Assembly: GCA_041639855.1 (NCBI GenBank) | Contig: JBEQBK010000001.1 | Span: 1-39,548 of the forward strand | Direction of reading: 5' to 3' | DNA from: Halobacteriaceae archaeon | Lineage (GTDB): Archaea; Halobacteriota; Halobacteria; Halobacteriales; Halobacteriaceae | Length of the DNA: 39,548 bases | Part shown: one piece after another, positions 1 through 8,829 of the stretch | How positions within the stretch are numbered: the first letter of the stretch is position 1 | Layout of the letters: each line of letters starts with the position of its first letter | The notes under the pieces: generated by a model | Seen by the model: only the letters and a program-made list of their open reading frames with translations | The model's database searches: none | What the model was told of the DNA's origin: nothing | Position numbers and translations under genes: made by a program

Positions 1-689
1 GGGTGGAACGGCGGGATGGTCATCTTCTGGGACTCCAGAATGCGGGCGTTCGTCGGGTCCGGCTCCTGGCCCTCGACCTCGCCCTTGTTGCGCCACCAGT
101 GGAACTCCCACTGGCTGACGGCCTCGTTGTTCTTCGTCATCGTCTCGTCGTACTTCCCGCCGTCGTGGAAGAACCAGAGGCGGTCGGTGTAGAGGCGCGC
201 CTCGGCGTCGAGGGGCGTCCCGTCCCAGAAACTGAGCTCCTCGTTGTAGGTCTCGTAGACGTCGAAGGGGGCCTCGACCTCGAAATCCGTCACCATCGTC
301 GGAATACTGATGGAATCGCGGCCGTCGACCCACGGCGCGTCGAAGGACTCGCCGTTGAAAACCATCCGGTTAGCTTCGCGGACGATTCGGGGGTCGGTCA
401 GCTCGCGGAACCAGGTGATGCCGCCCTCCTTCGGCGAGGACGCCCACCGGTTCAGATTGGACGATTCGGCCGTGTTGGTGGCCCACGATGTAATCGTCTC
501 GTTGACGGGGGGGCCCTCGGGTTCGGTTGTCTCGTTCGACGAACTGTTTCCGGAGGATTCGTTGGAAGGGTCGCCGCCGGAACCGCCTTGATTACAGCCC
601 GCGAGGCCCGCCGCGGTCGACGCGGCGATGGCCTGCACGTACCGTCGCCTGGATATATTACTGCCGTTATCAGTGTCTCGGTTTGGCAT
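1..689 (-). CDS. ABC transporter substrate-binding lipoprotein (family-5 oligosaccharide/peptide type), 5' part only; gene runs off the left edge
   Basis: Not in the supplied track (no stop inside the window). Reverse-complement translation from ATG 689..687 gives MPNRDTDNGSNISRRRYVQAIAASTAAGLAGCNQGG, a twin-arginine motif plus LAGC lipobox. Later, HDGGKYDETMTKNNEAVSQWEFHWWRNKGEVEGQEPDP is colinear with HDGGKYDDTMTINHEAVDQWTFHWWHNKGEVEAQQADP of the 838..2919 protein. An in-frame stop (704..702) lies just upstream of the ATG. Confidence 0.85.
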   Translation of the reverse strand, partial: MPNRDTDNGSNISRRRYVQAIAASTAAGLAGCNQGGSGGDPSNESSGNSSSNETTEPEGPPVNETITSWATNTAESSNLNRWASSPKEGGITWFRELTDPRIVREANRMVFNGESFDAPWVDGRDSISIPTMVTDFEVEAPFDVYETYNEELSFWDGTPLDAEARLYTDRLWFFHDGGKYDETMTKNNEAVSQWEFHWWRNKGEVEGQEPDPTNARILESQKMTIPPFH

Positions 690-713
690 ACAGAACCCTC
701 TTTACCATCATGG

Positions 714-722
714 TTTATAATA
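714..722 (-). promoter_or_regulatory. TATA-box-like element for the leftward SBP gene
   Basis: tttataata, 25-33 nt upstream of ATG 689. Confidence 0.45.
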
Positions 723-764
723 GTTTCCTTGTGGTGTTGTACCAGTCCACGTTAGACGGCTAAC

Positions 765-781
765 CCCCGAATTGTTCGGGG
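765..781. promoter_or_regulatory. inverted repeat CCCCGAA-ttg-TTCGGGG in the divergent SBP promoter region
   Basis: Perfect 7-bp arms between the two TATA-like elements (714..722 and 808..815). Confidence 0.4.
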
Positions 782-807
782 CGTGTCACAGTGTATCAAT
801 CCCAAAT

Positions 808-815
808 GTTTATCC
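808..815 (+). promoter_or_regulatory. TATA-box-like element for the rightward SBP gene
   Basis: gtttatcc, about 27 nt upstream of ATG 838. Confidence 0.4.
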
Positions 816-837
816 ATGATTGACCGAATGGCGTGAT

Positions 838-2919
838 ATGGTGTCAAACAGTGGTGACGCCGACCGTGTAGCAGCGCGGATGAACCGCCGGAAGTACGTG
901 CAGGCCATCGTCGCCTCGACGGTCGCCGGGCTCGCCGGCTGTGGCGGGAACGCCGGCACCGACGACGGGAACCAGACGGGGAACGGCAACAACTCGACGA
1001 CCAGCGGCGACGGGGCGGCGACGCAGGGGCCGCCCGTCAGCGATACCATCACGCTCACCGCCGCGAACACCCCCGGGGCGTCGAACATCAACCCGTGGGC
1101 GAACGCGCTCGACTGGCTCGGCGACCAGTGGATGCACGAGCTGACCGGGCCGACCAACGTCGTTACGAAGGAGACCTACCTCAGCGGCCGCGAGTTCGAT
1201 ACGCCGTGGATGGACGACTACGAGACGGTCTCGGTCCCGGCGATGGTGACGGACTACGAGGTGAACCCGCCCTACGACGTGACCGAGAGCCTCGACGACC
1301 GGCTTACCTACTGGGACGGCACGCCCCTCGACGCCGAGGCCCGCGTGTTGAACGACACGCTGTGGTACTTCCACGACGGCGGGAAGTACGACGACACGAT
1401 GACCATCAATCACGAGGCGGTCGACCAGTGGACGTTCCACTGGTGGCATAACAAGGGCGAGGTCGAGGCCCAGCAGGCGGACCCGGCGAACCAGTTCATC
1501 CTCGACTCCGAGGCCGTCCCCGTCGACCCGCCGTTCCATCCCGGGTTCACTGAGGGGTGGGTCGAGCAGTTCCGCGACGCCTCCACGCAGGACGCGGTGA
1601 ACAGCGTCAGGACGGAACTGCAGGGCACGAAGGTCGGCTTCGAGACGATGGCCGAGGAACAGTGGGGCTCCGGGCTCTACCACGTCGAAAGTCCCAACGA
1701 CATGAGCGCCGACTCGATGACGTACCAACTCCGCGAGGACCACCCCAACGAGCACGCCGAAATCCCGAACCTCGAGATCCGCTTCGCCACGGCGAGCCGT
1801 TCGAACGTCCTCATCAGCGAGGGGGAAATCGACTACGGCGGCGGCATCATCCAAGAGGAGGGCGAGCTCACCCGTCAGGGCCTCCCCGACAAGATACAGC
1901 AGGTAGATAGCTACCTCTCGAACGGCGGGGACCAGTTGGTGATGAACTGGAACAACGACCACCTCTCGCGGCTGTGGGTGCGCCGCGCCATCATCGCGGC
2001 GGTCGACTGGAACTTCGCGACCTCGAGCGGATGGGGTCCCGCGGGGTCGATTCCCAACCGGCGCCACGTCGGGTTGATTGACACCCTCGCGGAGTCGACG
2101 TTCGACAGTGAGTTCCTCGACTCGCTGTACGAGTACCCGATGGGGTCGGACATAGAGCTCGCCGAGGAGTGGATGCAGCGGGCCGGCTACACCAAGGAGA
2201 ACGGCGTCTGGACCGACTGGGAGGGTTCGGAGGTCGACCTCTACCTGATGTCGAACGCCGACATCTCGCAGTACATCTCGGCCTGTCAGGTCATCCAGTC
2301 GAACCTCCAGGAGCTCGGCTTCAAGGTCGGGTTGCAGAACCTCGACGGGCAGAACTACAACACCCGCGCGGCGCCGGAGAACCTCAACTACGACCTCGCG
2401 ATGATGTGGGCCCACGGGACGGAGAACCCGTGGAACGCGTACTGGGCGAACCCGCTGTGGGCGTCGAACGCGCTCATCGCCGGCCACCCCACGACGTTCA
2501 ACCAGATCCAGCAGAACACCGACGCGGAGACCGACTACATGGGCCACCCGCTCACCGCACAGGTGCCAAGCGAGATCGGCTCCATCGAAGCGCCCGACCA
2601 AGCCGGACGGGCGCCCGACCTGCCGAACGGCGAGGAGATAGACATCATCGACGCGGTCTACACCCTGCGCCAGCCGGACGTCACCGAGGAGTCGTTCCAG
2701 GAGGCCGTGCGGAAGTGTGCCCGCTACGCGAACTTCTACCTCCCCGACTTCGTCTTCCACCAGTTCGCGGTCGGTATGTGGGGGAACATGGAGGAGTTCA
2801 CGTTCCCGCCGCAGGGCCACGAGGCCAACCGGACGTGGAAGGACTTCGGCGGCACGAAGTTCGGCACGGCCGCCGGGATGACCCGCCTGAAGTACACCGA
2901 GGAGTTCGAGTCGCCGTAG
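838..2919 (+). CDS. ABC transporter substrate-binding lipoprotein (family-5 oligosaccharide/peptide type), Tat-secreted
   Basis: Track ORF 820..2919, where 820 is a TTG. The first ATG (838) lies about 27 nt downstream of TATA-like gtttatcc, fitting a leaderless mRNA. The N-terminus RMNRRKYVQAIVASTVAGLAGCGG has a Tat motif and a lipobox, followed by a Gly/Thr/Asn linker. At about 690 aa it is a paralogue of the partial gene at 1..689. Confidence 0.85.
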   Translation: MVSNSGDADRVAARMNRRKYVQAIVASTVAGLAGCGGNAGTDDGNQTGNGNNSTTSGDGAATQGPPVSDTITLTAANTPGASNINPWANALDWLGDQWMHELTGPTNVVTKETYLSGREFDTPWMDDYETVSVPAMVTDYEVNPPYDVTESLDDRLTYWDGTPLDAEARVLNDTLWYFHDGGKYDDTMTINHEAVDQWTFHWWHNKGEVEAQQADPANQFILDSEAVPVDPPFHPGFTEGWVEQFRDASTQDAVNSVRTELQGTKVGFETMAEEQWGSGLYHVESPNDMSADSMTYQLREDHPNEHAEIPNLEIRFATASRSNVLISEGEIDYGGGIIQEEGELTRQGLPDKIQQVDSYLSNGGDQLVMNWNNDHLSRLWVRRAIIAAVDWNFATSSGWGPAGSIPNRRHVGLIDTLAESTFDSEFLDSLYEYPMGSDIELAEEWMQRAGYTKENGVWTDWEGSEVDLYLMSNADISQYISACQVIQSNLQELGFKVGLQNLDGQNYNTRAAPENLNYDLAMMWAHGTENPWNAYWANPLWASNALIAGHPTTFNQIQQNTDAETDYMGHPLTAQVPSEIGSIEAPDQAGRAPDLPNGEEIDIIDAVYTLRQPDVTEESFQEAVRKCARYANFYLPDFVFHQFAVGMWGNMEEFTFPPQGHEANRTWKDFGGTKFGTAAGMTRLKYTEEFESP

Positions 2920-3074
2920 CGGAACGCGGTCGCGCCGACGCGCCGAACTGTCGTTCTTTTTCGCGGTGGACCGGGTTCCGAGCGAAGCGTGGCCGAAGAA
3001 CGCACGAGCTCCGCCGGTGGAGAGCTCGCCGTCGTGGGTCGGTTTCGGCGGGGGCCACCCGGAAAACCAGACGA

Positions 3075-3084
3075 TTTATAATAA
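3075..3084 (+). promoter_or_regulatory. TATA-box-like element for abfA
   Basis: tttataataa, about 30 nt upstream of ATG 3108. Confidence 0.5.
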
Positions 3085-3107
3085 CTGACCCTGGAATTTG
3101 GACCTGT

Positions 3108-4613
3108 ATGGCAAACGCCCGCGTTAGTGTCCATCCGGAGGCGCGTATCGACAACATCGAACCCGAAGTGCACGGCCACTTCTCCGAACACCTCGGCCGC
3201 TGTGTGTACGACGGCCTCTACACCGACGACTCGGCCGACGAGAACGGCTTCCGCGACGACGTTCTCGAACTGCTCGCGGACCTCGACATCCCCGTTCTCC
3301 GGTGGCCCGGCGGCTGTTTCGCCGACGACTACCACTGGGAGGACGGTGTCGGACCCCAGGAGGAGCGCCCGCGGCGGCGCAACCTCTTCTGGGCGCAGGG
3401 CCGCGAGGACATTCCCGAGGAGTCCAACGCCTTCGGCACCGACGAGTTCCTCCAGTTCTGTGAGGCGGTCGGCACGGAGCCCTACCTCGCCGCCAACGTC
3501 GGCTCCGGCGACCCGCAGGAGGCCGCCGACTGGATGGAGTACTGTGGCTACGACGGTGACACCGAGCTCGCCGACCGCCGCCGCGAGAACGGCCACGAGG
3601 AGCCCTACGAGGTCCCCTACTGGGGCGTCGGCAACGAGAACTGGGGCTGTGGCGGCCAGATGTCCCCCGAGCAGTACGCCCGCGAGTTCCGCCGCTTCGC
3701 GACGTACATGGGGTCGATGGACAACCTGATGCTCGACTACGATGTCGACCTCGTCGCCTGTGGCTTCGAGGGCCACGAGTGGAACCGACGCTTCATGGAG
3801 GAGGTCGCCAGTGGCCGTTGGGGCGCCGACTTCCCGCTCGACCACCTCACGCTCCACCACTACTACGGTCGCGGGATGACCGTCGCCGAGTCCGACGAGG
3901 ACGACTACGACGAGCTCCTCGTCGGCGCCCTCGAGATGGAAGAGCACATCGAGCGCATCGCCTCCGCCATCGACGCCGTCGCGACGACCCGCGACATCGG
4001 CGTCATCGTCGACGAGTGGGGGACGTGGCACCCCGAGGCCGTCCCGGAGAACGGCCTCGAACAGCCCGGCACCGTCCTCGACGCGCTCTCCGCAGCGGCC
4101 GTCCTCGACGTCTTCAACCACAACGCGGACGTGATGACGATGAGCAACATCGCACAGACCGTCAACGTCCTGCAGTGTCTCGTCGAGACGGAGGGTGACG
4201 AGGCGTGGGCCCGCCCGACCTACCGCGTCTTCGACCTCTACGCGCCGCACAAGGACAACGAGGCCATCACGACGGCCGTCGACACGCCGACCCGCGAGGT
4301 CGAGCGCAAGGACGGCGACCTGCCGCTCGTCGGCGCCTCCGCCTCCGTCGACGAGAACGGGGAAACGTACGTCACCGTCACGAACCTCGACTGCCGCGAG
4401 GCCCACTCGGTCGAAATCGCCGTCGACGGCGGCGTGAGCGCCGACGACGTCGCGGACGCCCGAGTGCTCTTCGAGGGCCAGGACGCCGGCGTGCACGTCG
4501 ATGCCTCGAACGCCGACGAGTTCGTCGCCGAGGACCTCGATGTAGACGTCGACGACGGCGTGCTCACCGTCGACCTCGAACCGTCGACCGTCGCCGCCGT
4601 CTCGCTCGAATAG
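3108..4613 (+). CDS. abfA: alpha-L-arabinofuranosidase, GH51 (AbfA type), cytoplasmic
   Basis: In-frame part of track ORF 2169..4613. ATG 3108 is 30 nt downstream of tttataataa. Motifs: PVLRWPGGCFADDYHWEDGVGP, acid/base WGVGNENWGCGG and nucleophile region VIVDEWGTWH. About 501 aa with no signal peptide. Confidence 0.9.
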   Translation: MANARVSVHPEARIDNIEPEVHGHFSEHLGRCVYDGLYTDDSADENGFRDDVLELLADLDIPVLRWPGGCFADDYHWEDGVGPQEERPRRRNLFWAQGREDIPEESNAFGTDEFLQFCEAVGTEPYLAANVGSGDPQEAADWMEYCGYDGDTELADRRRENGHEEPYEVPYWGVGNENWGCGGQMSPEQYAREFRRFATYMGSMDNLMLDYDVDLVACGFEGHEWNRRFMEEVASGRWGADFPLDHLTLHHYYGRGMTVAESDEDDYDELLVGALEMEEHIERIASAIDAVATTRDIGVIVDEWGTWHPEAVPENGLEQPGTVLDALSAAAVLDVFNHNADVMTMSNIAQTVNVLQCLVETEGDEAWARPTYRVFDLYAPHKDNEAITTAVDTPTREVERKDGDLPLVGASASVDENGETYVTVTNLDCREAHSVEIAVDGGVSADDVADARVLFEGQDAGVHVDASNADEFVAEDLDVDVDDGVLTVDLEPSTVAAVSLE

Positions 4614-4682
4614 ACGCGCGAGTTTCGACGCGGCCCCACACGCACGCCGACGCGACTCCCTTTCTTTGCGCTCGTCCGCGCG

Positions 4683-7307
4683 CTACTCCTCCTCACCCCC
4701 GCGCAGGCGCTTCGCCAGCGCGGCCGCGCCGAGCGCCGCGGCGCCCGTGCCGATGCCGAAGCCGGGCGTCCCTTCCGAGGCCGTCGTGTCGGAGTCGGTT
4801 CCGTTCTCGGTGTCCGAGTCGTTCGCTTCGGCGCCCTCGCCCGCGCGTTCGGTGGTCTCCGTCGTCGTCGAATCGCCGTTCGCGGGGTTCGCCGGCTGTG
4901 GGAGCGAATCCACCGACTCGATGGGGATGTTCTCGACGCCGTCGAGACCGTGCCAGACACCGTTGTCGCCGACCGGCTCGTCGCCGACGAACAGGCGGAC
5001 GACCGACGCCGGCGCCGCTCCGAAGGTCACGGTTCCGTCCTCGGGGACCTCGGTGACGACGTGTGTGACCGAATGGTTCGTCGGTTCGTCCCACGACGTC
5101 GGGAGCGCGTGGGGGAGCGGGCGCTCCTCGGCGCTCGGTTCGAGCAGGACCGCCTCGACCGACCTGCCGGCGTACGCCTCGCCGAGCTCGACCGTGACCT
5201 CGCTGGCCGCGCGGAGGTTCCGATTGGTGAGGAACACGGCCAACTCGTCATCGCCGTTCCGCATCGCCGCGGCGTCGACGTAGGGCACGTCGGCCTTCTC
5301 GTTGACCCGCGGGCCCGTGTCGGGGAGATCCCGGCCCGCGCCGTCGCTCGCCGTGTCGACCGTGTGCCACTCGGCGTCGTCCTCGAAGAGTGCCGAGTAG
5401 AGCCCGGTGACGGAGTTGTCGGGGCGAAGCGGGTTCGGGTCCGGCGGGTAGTCGTCCGTTTTGACGGGGGCCCAGGATTTGGTGGGGACCCACGTCTGTG
5501 CGACCCACTCGACGGTGTCGGGGTTCCGGATGGCAGCGTTGAACGCGCCCGCCACGTAGGCCGCGCCGGGCATCGTCTCCGGGCCGGGGTAGGGAGCGCC
5601 GGCCGCGACGGCCGGGAAGATACCGAGCTCGCTGAGGTTGACGTAGAAATCATCGTACCCCTTCGCATCGGCCATCTCGCCGAGCGACGCGAGTTGGTCG
5701 CCGAGCTGGGTCGGCGCCATCACCAGCACCTCGCTGTAGTCCCAGTCGTCGGCGCCGTGTTCGTTCTTCCACTCGGTCACCGCGGCGGCGTCCTCCAGTC
5801 CCCACTGGTAGCGGTGGATGTTCAGCCCGTCCAGGAGCTCCGGGGAGAGCTCCTCCAGGAGGGTCTCGTTCCACGGGTTGTCGTTGTGCGCGGCCTCAGC
5901 GGGGTCCCACCCGCTGGCGAGAACCGTGATCGAGTCGTCGACCTCGCGCATCGCCTCCGAGTACCGGTCGAAGCCGATGCGGTCGGCGTTCCCCCCCTCC
6001 ACGGCCGAGTCCTCGCCGACCCCGTACGTCGCCGGGTCGGTGGTGTGGCCGTGCTGCCAGTCGCCCCAGACCTCGTTGCCGACGCCCCAGTGCTCGACGT
6101 TCCAGGGGTCGGCGCGGCCGTGCTCCGCGCGCAACTGGCCCAGCTCGGTGTCCCCGGAGCCGTTGACGTACTCGACCCAGTTAGCGGCGTTCTCGGGGAG
6201 GATTTGTCGCTCGGTCGCCCACTCGGGCGGGTTGTCCCACCAGCCGATAGTGATTTCCGGCGTGATGTCCGCGACCTCGCAGAGTTCGAGGTACTCCGCG
6301 GTGCCGAAGAAGTTGGGCTGCATCCCCTGCCACGCGTGGTTGAACCGGGGCGTCCGCTCGGAGAGGGGGCCGACGCCGTCGCGCCAGTTGTACTGACTGG
6401 TGACGTTGCCGCCCGGCCACTTCAGCCACGTCCCGTTCTGGTCGTCGAGCAACTCCACGGTGAGCGGGTTGAACTTCCCGTTGACCGCGTCGTCCGCCGC
6501 GAGTTCCACGAAGTCGACGTCGAAGTGCCCCGTTCCCTCCGCCGTGAACTCGACGGCGTACTGGCCGTACGGCGTCGCGACGTTCGCGACGGCGCCGGCG
6601 ACGTACTCGTCGCCGCTCTTCGCGTCGAGTTCGAGCGTGGGTTCGTGGCGCTCCCACTCGCCCGAAACGGGCAACTCCGTCGAGGCGAGCGTTTCCCCGT
6701 CGAGCGTCGTGAGCGCAACCGTGACCGTGTCGACGTCGCCGCGCACCGAGACCCCGAGGTCGTAGCCCAGCGTGCGGGTGTCCGGGAGGACGATTTTCTG
6801 CGTGAGACCGCCGCGCGCGCCGTCGAGCGAGACGCGGGGGTAGCCGACCGACCCGTGTGGCGTGTTGCCGCCCGCGACGCGCTCGCCGTCCGTGCGGAGG
6901 TCGACCGAGACGCCGTCGCCCCCGATACGCTCCCAGGGGTAGGGGAGAACGTCGTCGCGTTCGACGTCGTAGAACGTGTCGATGGCGTCGCCGAACCAGT
7001 AGTCGGGAACTCGCCAGAACGTCGGGTTCATGACGTGCAGGGAGTAGACGCCGGGGTAAATCGTGCCGTCGCCGTAGTGCTCGTTCAGCCGGCCGAACAG
7101 CGTCTCCTGTACCGTCGCGTCGGTCGCCGACCCGGGGTCGACCGTGACAGTGTTCCGAACCGGTTCCGCCGGGTCCGCGGACGCCACACCGCTCCCGAGG
7201 CCGACGAGCGAGCCGGCCGCGAGCGCCGACTGGGCCGCGAGGAAGCCCCGCCGCGAGAGGCTCCGTTCGGGACTGGTGTCGTCTCCGCTAGGGGGGTTCG
7301 CCGTCAT
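4683..7307 (-). CDS. secreted GH51-like alpha-L-arabinofuranosidase with N-terminal accessory domain, Tat signal and PGF-CTERM anchor
   Basis: Track ORF 4683..7367; I prefer ATG 7307 (MTANPPSGDD). Tat signal SRRGFLAAQSALAAGSLVGLGSGVASA. GH51-like core: LKWPGGNVTSQYNWRDGVGPLSERTPR, WGVGNEVWGDWQHGH, NLSELGIF. The C-terminus has a Thr/Ser/Asp/Glu-rich linker followed by PGFGIGTGAAALGAAALAKRLRGGEEE. Confidence 0.85.
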   Translation of the reverse strand: MTANPPSGDDTSPERSLSRRGFLAAQSALAAGSLVGLGSGVASADPAEPVRNTVTVDPGSATDATVQETLFGRLNEHYGDGTIYPGVYSLHVMNPTFWRVPDYWFGDAIDTFYDVERDDVLPYPWERIGGDGVSVDLRTDGERVAGGNTPHGSVGYPRVSLDGARGGLTQKIVLPDTRTLGYDLGVSVRGDVDTVTVALTTLDGETLASTELPVSGEWERHEPTLELDAKSGDEYVAGAVANVATPYGQYAVEFTAEGTGHFDVDFVELAADDAVNGKFNPLTVELLDDQNGTWLKWPGGNVTSQYNWRDGVGPLSERTPRFNHAWQGMQPNFFGTAEYLELCEVADITPEITIGWWDNPPEWATERQILPENAANWVEYVNGSGDTELGQLRAEHGRADPWNVEHWGVGNEVWGDWQHGHTTDPATYGVGEDSAVEGGNADRIGFDRYSEAMREVDDSITVLASGWDPAEAAHNDNPWNETLLEELSPELLDGLNIHRYQWGLEDAAAVTEWKNEHGADDWDYSEVLVMAPTQLGDQLASLGEMADAKGYDDFYVNLSELGIFPAVAAGAPYPGPETMPGAAYVAGAFNAAIRNPDTVEWVAQTWVPTKSWAPVKTDDYPPDPNPLRPDNSVTGLYSALFEDDAEWHTVDTASDGAGRDLPDTGPRVNEKADVPYVDAAAMRNGDDELAVFLTNRNLRAASEVTVELGEAYAGRSVEAVLLEPSAEERPLPHALPTSWDEPTNHSVTHVVTEVPEDGTVTFGAAPASVVRLFVGDEPVGDNGVWHGLDGVENIPIESVDSLPQPANPANGDSTTTETTERAGEGAEANDSDTENGTDSDTTASEGTPGFGIGTGAAALGAAALAKRLRGGEEE

Positions 7308-7388
7308 ACAAATATCACGAACAATCACATCAGTAAATATGTACCGGATGCCCGACCCGTCACGCACGCGGCGGACCGCGAACGCCTA

Positions 7389-7403
7389 TCCGGCAGTGGC
7401 GGA
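7389..7403. promoter_or_regulatory. TCCGG-N5-CCGGA-type palindrome (1 mismatch) in the iclR promoter
   Basis: tccggcagtggcgga, centred 40 nt upstream of the iclR ATG and abutting a TATA-like caattagta. Confidence 0.45.
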
Positions 7404-7435
7404 AGCAATTAGTACACGCAGCCAGTAGCCGGAGT

Positions 7436-8194
7436 ATGAGCAAGAACGCGCCGGTGGACGCGACGCAGACGACAATACGAGTCATCGAGGCACTCAAGGA
7501 CCTCAACGGAGCGGGCGTCTCGGCGCTGTCCGAGCGCCTCGACCTGCCGACGAGCACGGTCCACGACCACCTCCGGACCCTCCACGAGAACGAGTTCGTC
7601 ATCAAGCGGGACGGCGAGTACGAGGTCGGCGCGCGCTTCCTCGAAATCGGCGGCTACGCCCGGAGCAACCGGGACGTCTACCAGATAGCCGAGCCCGAGA
7701 TTCAGAAGCTAGCCTCCAAAACCGGCGAGCACGCGAACCTGATGATAGAGGAGTTCGGGCGCGGCGTCTTCTTCCTGAAGGTGAAAGGGGAAGACGCCTT
7801 CGAGCTCGACACCCACGTCGGCAAGCGGGTGAACCTGCAGACGACCGGCCTGGGAAAGGCGATTCTGGCCCACCTCCCGGAGGAGCGCGTCGACCGGATA
7901 ATCGAGGAACACGGGCTCCCCGAGATAACGTCCGACACCGTAACCGACCGTCAGGAGCTGGAAGCGGAGCTGGCGCAGGTCCGCGAGCAGGGCTACGCCG
8001 TCGACGACGAGGAACGCATCCCGGGCGTTCGCTGTGTCGCCGCGCCCATCCTCGGCGACGAGGGCGAGGTCATCGCCTCCGTGAGCGTCACCGGGCCGAA
8101 AAGCGGGATGCAGGGCGAGCGATTCGAGCAGGAGATACCGGATCTCGTCCTGCGGACGGCGAACGTCATCGAAGTCAACCTGAAGTACCAGTAA
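7436..8194 (+). CDS. IclR-family transcriptional regulator (XacR-like pentose-catabolism regulator candidate)
   Basis: 252 aa. N-terminal winged HTH (IRVIEALKDLNGAGVSALSERLDLPTSTVHDHLRTL). IclR effector domain (GEHANLMIEE, KAILAHLPEE, GYAVDDEERIPGVRCVAAPI). Divergent from the secreted GH51 gene. Confidence 0.9.
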   Translation: MSKNAPVDATQTTIRVIEALKDLNGAGVSALSERLDLPTSTVHDHLRTLHENEFVIKRDGEYEVGARFLEIGGYARSNRDVYQIAEPEIQKLASKTGEHANLMIEEFGRGVFFLKVKGEDAFELDTHVGKRVNLQTTGLGKAILAHLPEERVDRIIEEHGLPEITSDTVTDRQELEAELAQVREQGYAVDDEERIPGVRCVAAPILGDEGEVIASVSVTGPKSGMQGERFEQEIPDLVLRTANVIEVNLKYQ

Positions 8195-8201
8195 CGGCGT
8201 T

Positions 8202-8216
8202 TCCGCTATTGCCGGA
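8202..8216. promoter_or_regulatory. TCCGG-N5-CCGGA-type palindrome (1 mismatch)
   Basis: tccgctattgccgga, 8 nt after the iclR stop codon. Confidence 0.35.
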
Positions 8217-8575
8217 ATCAGGTCCGAACGAGTAAAACAGCGCGATTTTCCGGGTTCCCACCGACGAAACCAGCCTATCAATACACGAATCCGAGTAGCA
8301 TCTCCCGTAGAACCGATGTATCCGAGGTTTTCATTACGCCGTTATCCGCGTAAATCCTGGAACAGTTTTCGGTTAGTCGTCTCCGGTCAAAGCGGACAGT
8401 TCGTCGGGAGGCGACCCTTGTTCTAAGACGATGAGAATTACACGAATAGTGCCGTAATTCTTTGCGCAGGAAGCGGTGAAGCGTCCGTCAAGACCGGCTT
8501 GCGCCCCGAAACCGGCGGCATCGGGCCCCGGAGCCGACCCCTTCAGAGAGGGAAGCGACAACTGATGGGCAGAGT

Positions 8576-8596
8576 TTTTCCGGTGTTGCCGGAAAA
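8576..8596. promoter_or_regulatory. perfect extended palindrome TTTTCCGG-N5-CCGGAAAA
   Basis: ttttccggtgttgccggaaaa, immediately followed by the TATA-like run aaaatatagta. It lies in the 635-bp gene-free spacer. Confidence 0.5.
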
Positions 8597-8780
8597 TATA
8601 GTATCGGTCTCGCGTGTGTTCTGACCCCAACTTTCATTATACTGGGGGGTGAGCGTTTAGATGGCGTCTCAGATACTCGCACCCCCACAAGCCGGTCCGT
8701 GGGGTGTGTCGGAGCGCTGGGGACGTCGCCTGTATCGCCCCGCTCAACCGAGCTGTAAGGCTGTCATCGTGTGAGGGTCG

Positions 8781-8795
8781 GGCCCCTCAAGGGCC
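8781..8795. promoter_or_regulatory. inverted repeat GGCCC-N5-GGGCC just upstream of the TATA of the 8830 GH51 gene
   Basis: ggcccctcaagggcc followed by tacctttttagg. Confidence 0.3.
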
Positions 8796-8829
8796 TACCT
8801 TTTTAGGCATCACGGACGCGGCAACGTGT

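Noticed and set aside
3-755. 250-aa + strand ORF at the left edge
   Set aside because: Arg/Val/Gly-rich shadow of the minus-strand SBP gene (1..689), which shows clear paralogy to 838..2919 and has a Tat/lipobox N-terminus.
820-837. TTG start for the SBP gene
   Set aside because: The first ATG (838) is correctly spaced from a TATA-like element and aligns with the paralogue's N-terminus. The TTG extension is possible but less likely.
844-2820. 658-aa minus-strand ORF
   Set aside because: Antisense shadow of the SBP gene, with Arg/Val/Gly/Leu-dominated low-information composition and no motifs. The same reasoning applies to 2736..4496 (-), 4950..7412 (+), 8803..10215 (-), 13034..14137 (-), 14562..15485 (-), 21522..23003 (-), 25614..26999 (-), 27230..28225 (-), 30560..31618 (-), 31129..32250 (-), 32448..33725 (-) and 38182..39324 (-).
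2169-3107. N-terminal 313 codons of the 2169..4613 ORF
   Set aside because: This part overlaps the SBP gene in another frame and is Arg/Pro-rich. The GH51 homology begins exactly at ATG 3108, behind a TATA box.
8373-8630. 85-aa minus-strand ORF in the long spacer
   Set aside because: It has a basic, low-complexity N-terminal half untypical of the acidic host proteome, no motif, and it overlaps the palindrome/TATA element. It is kept only as a possible gene remnant in the finding on 8195..8829.
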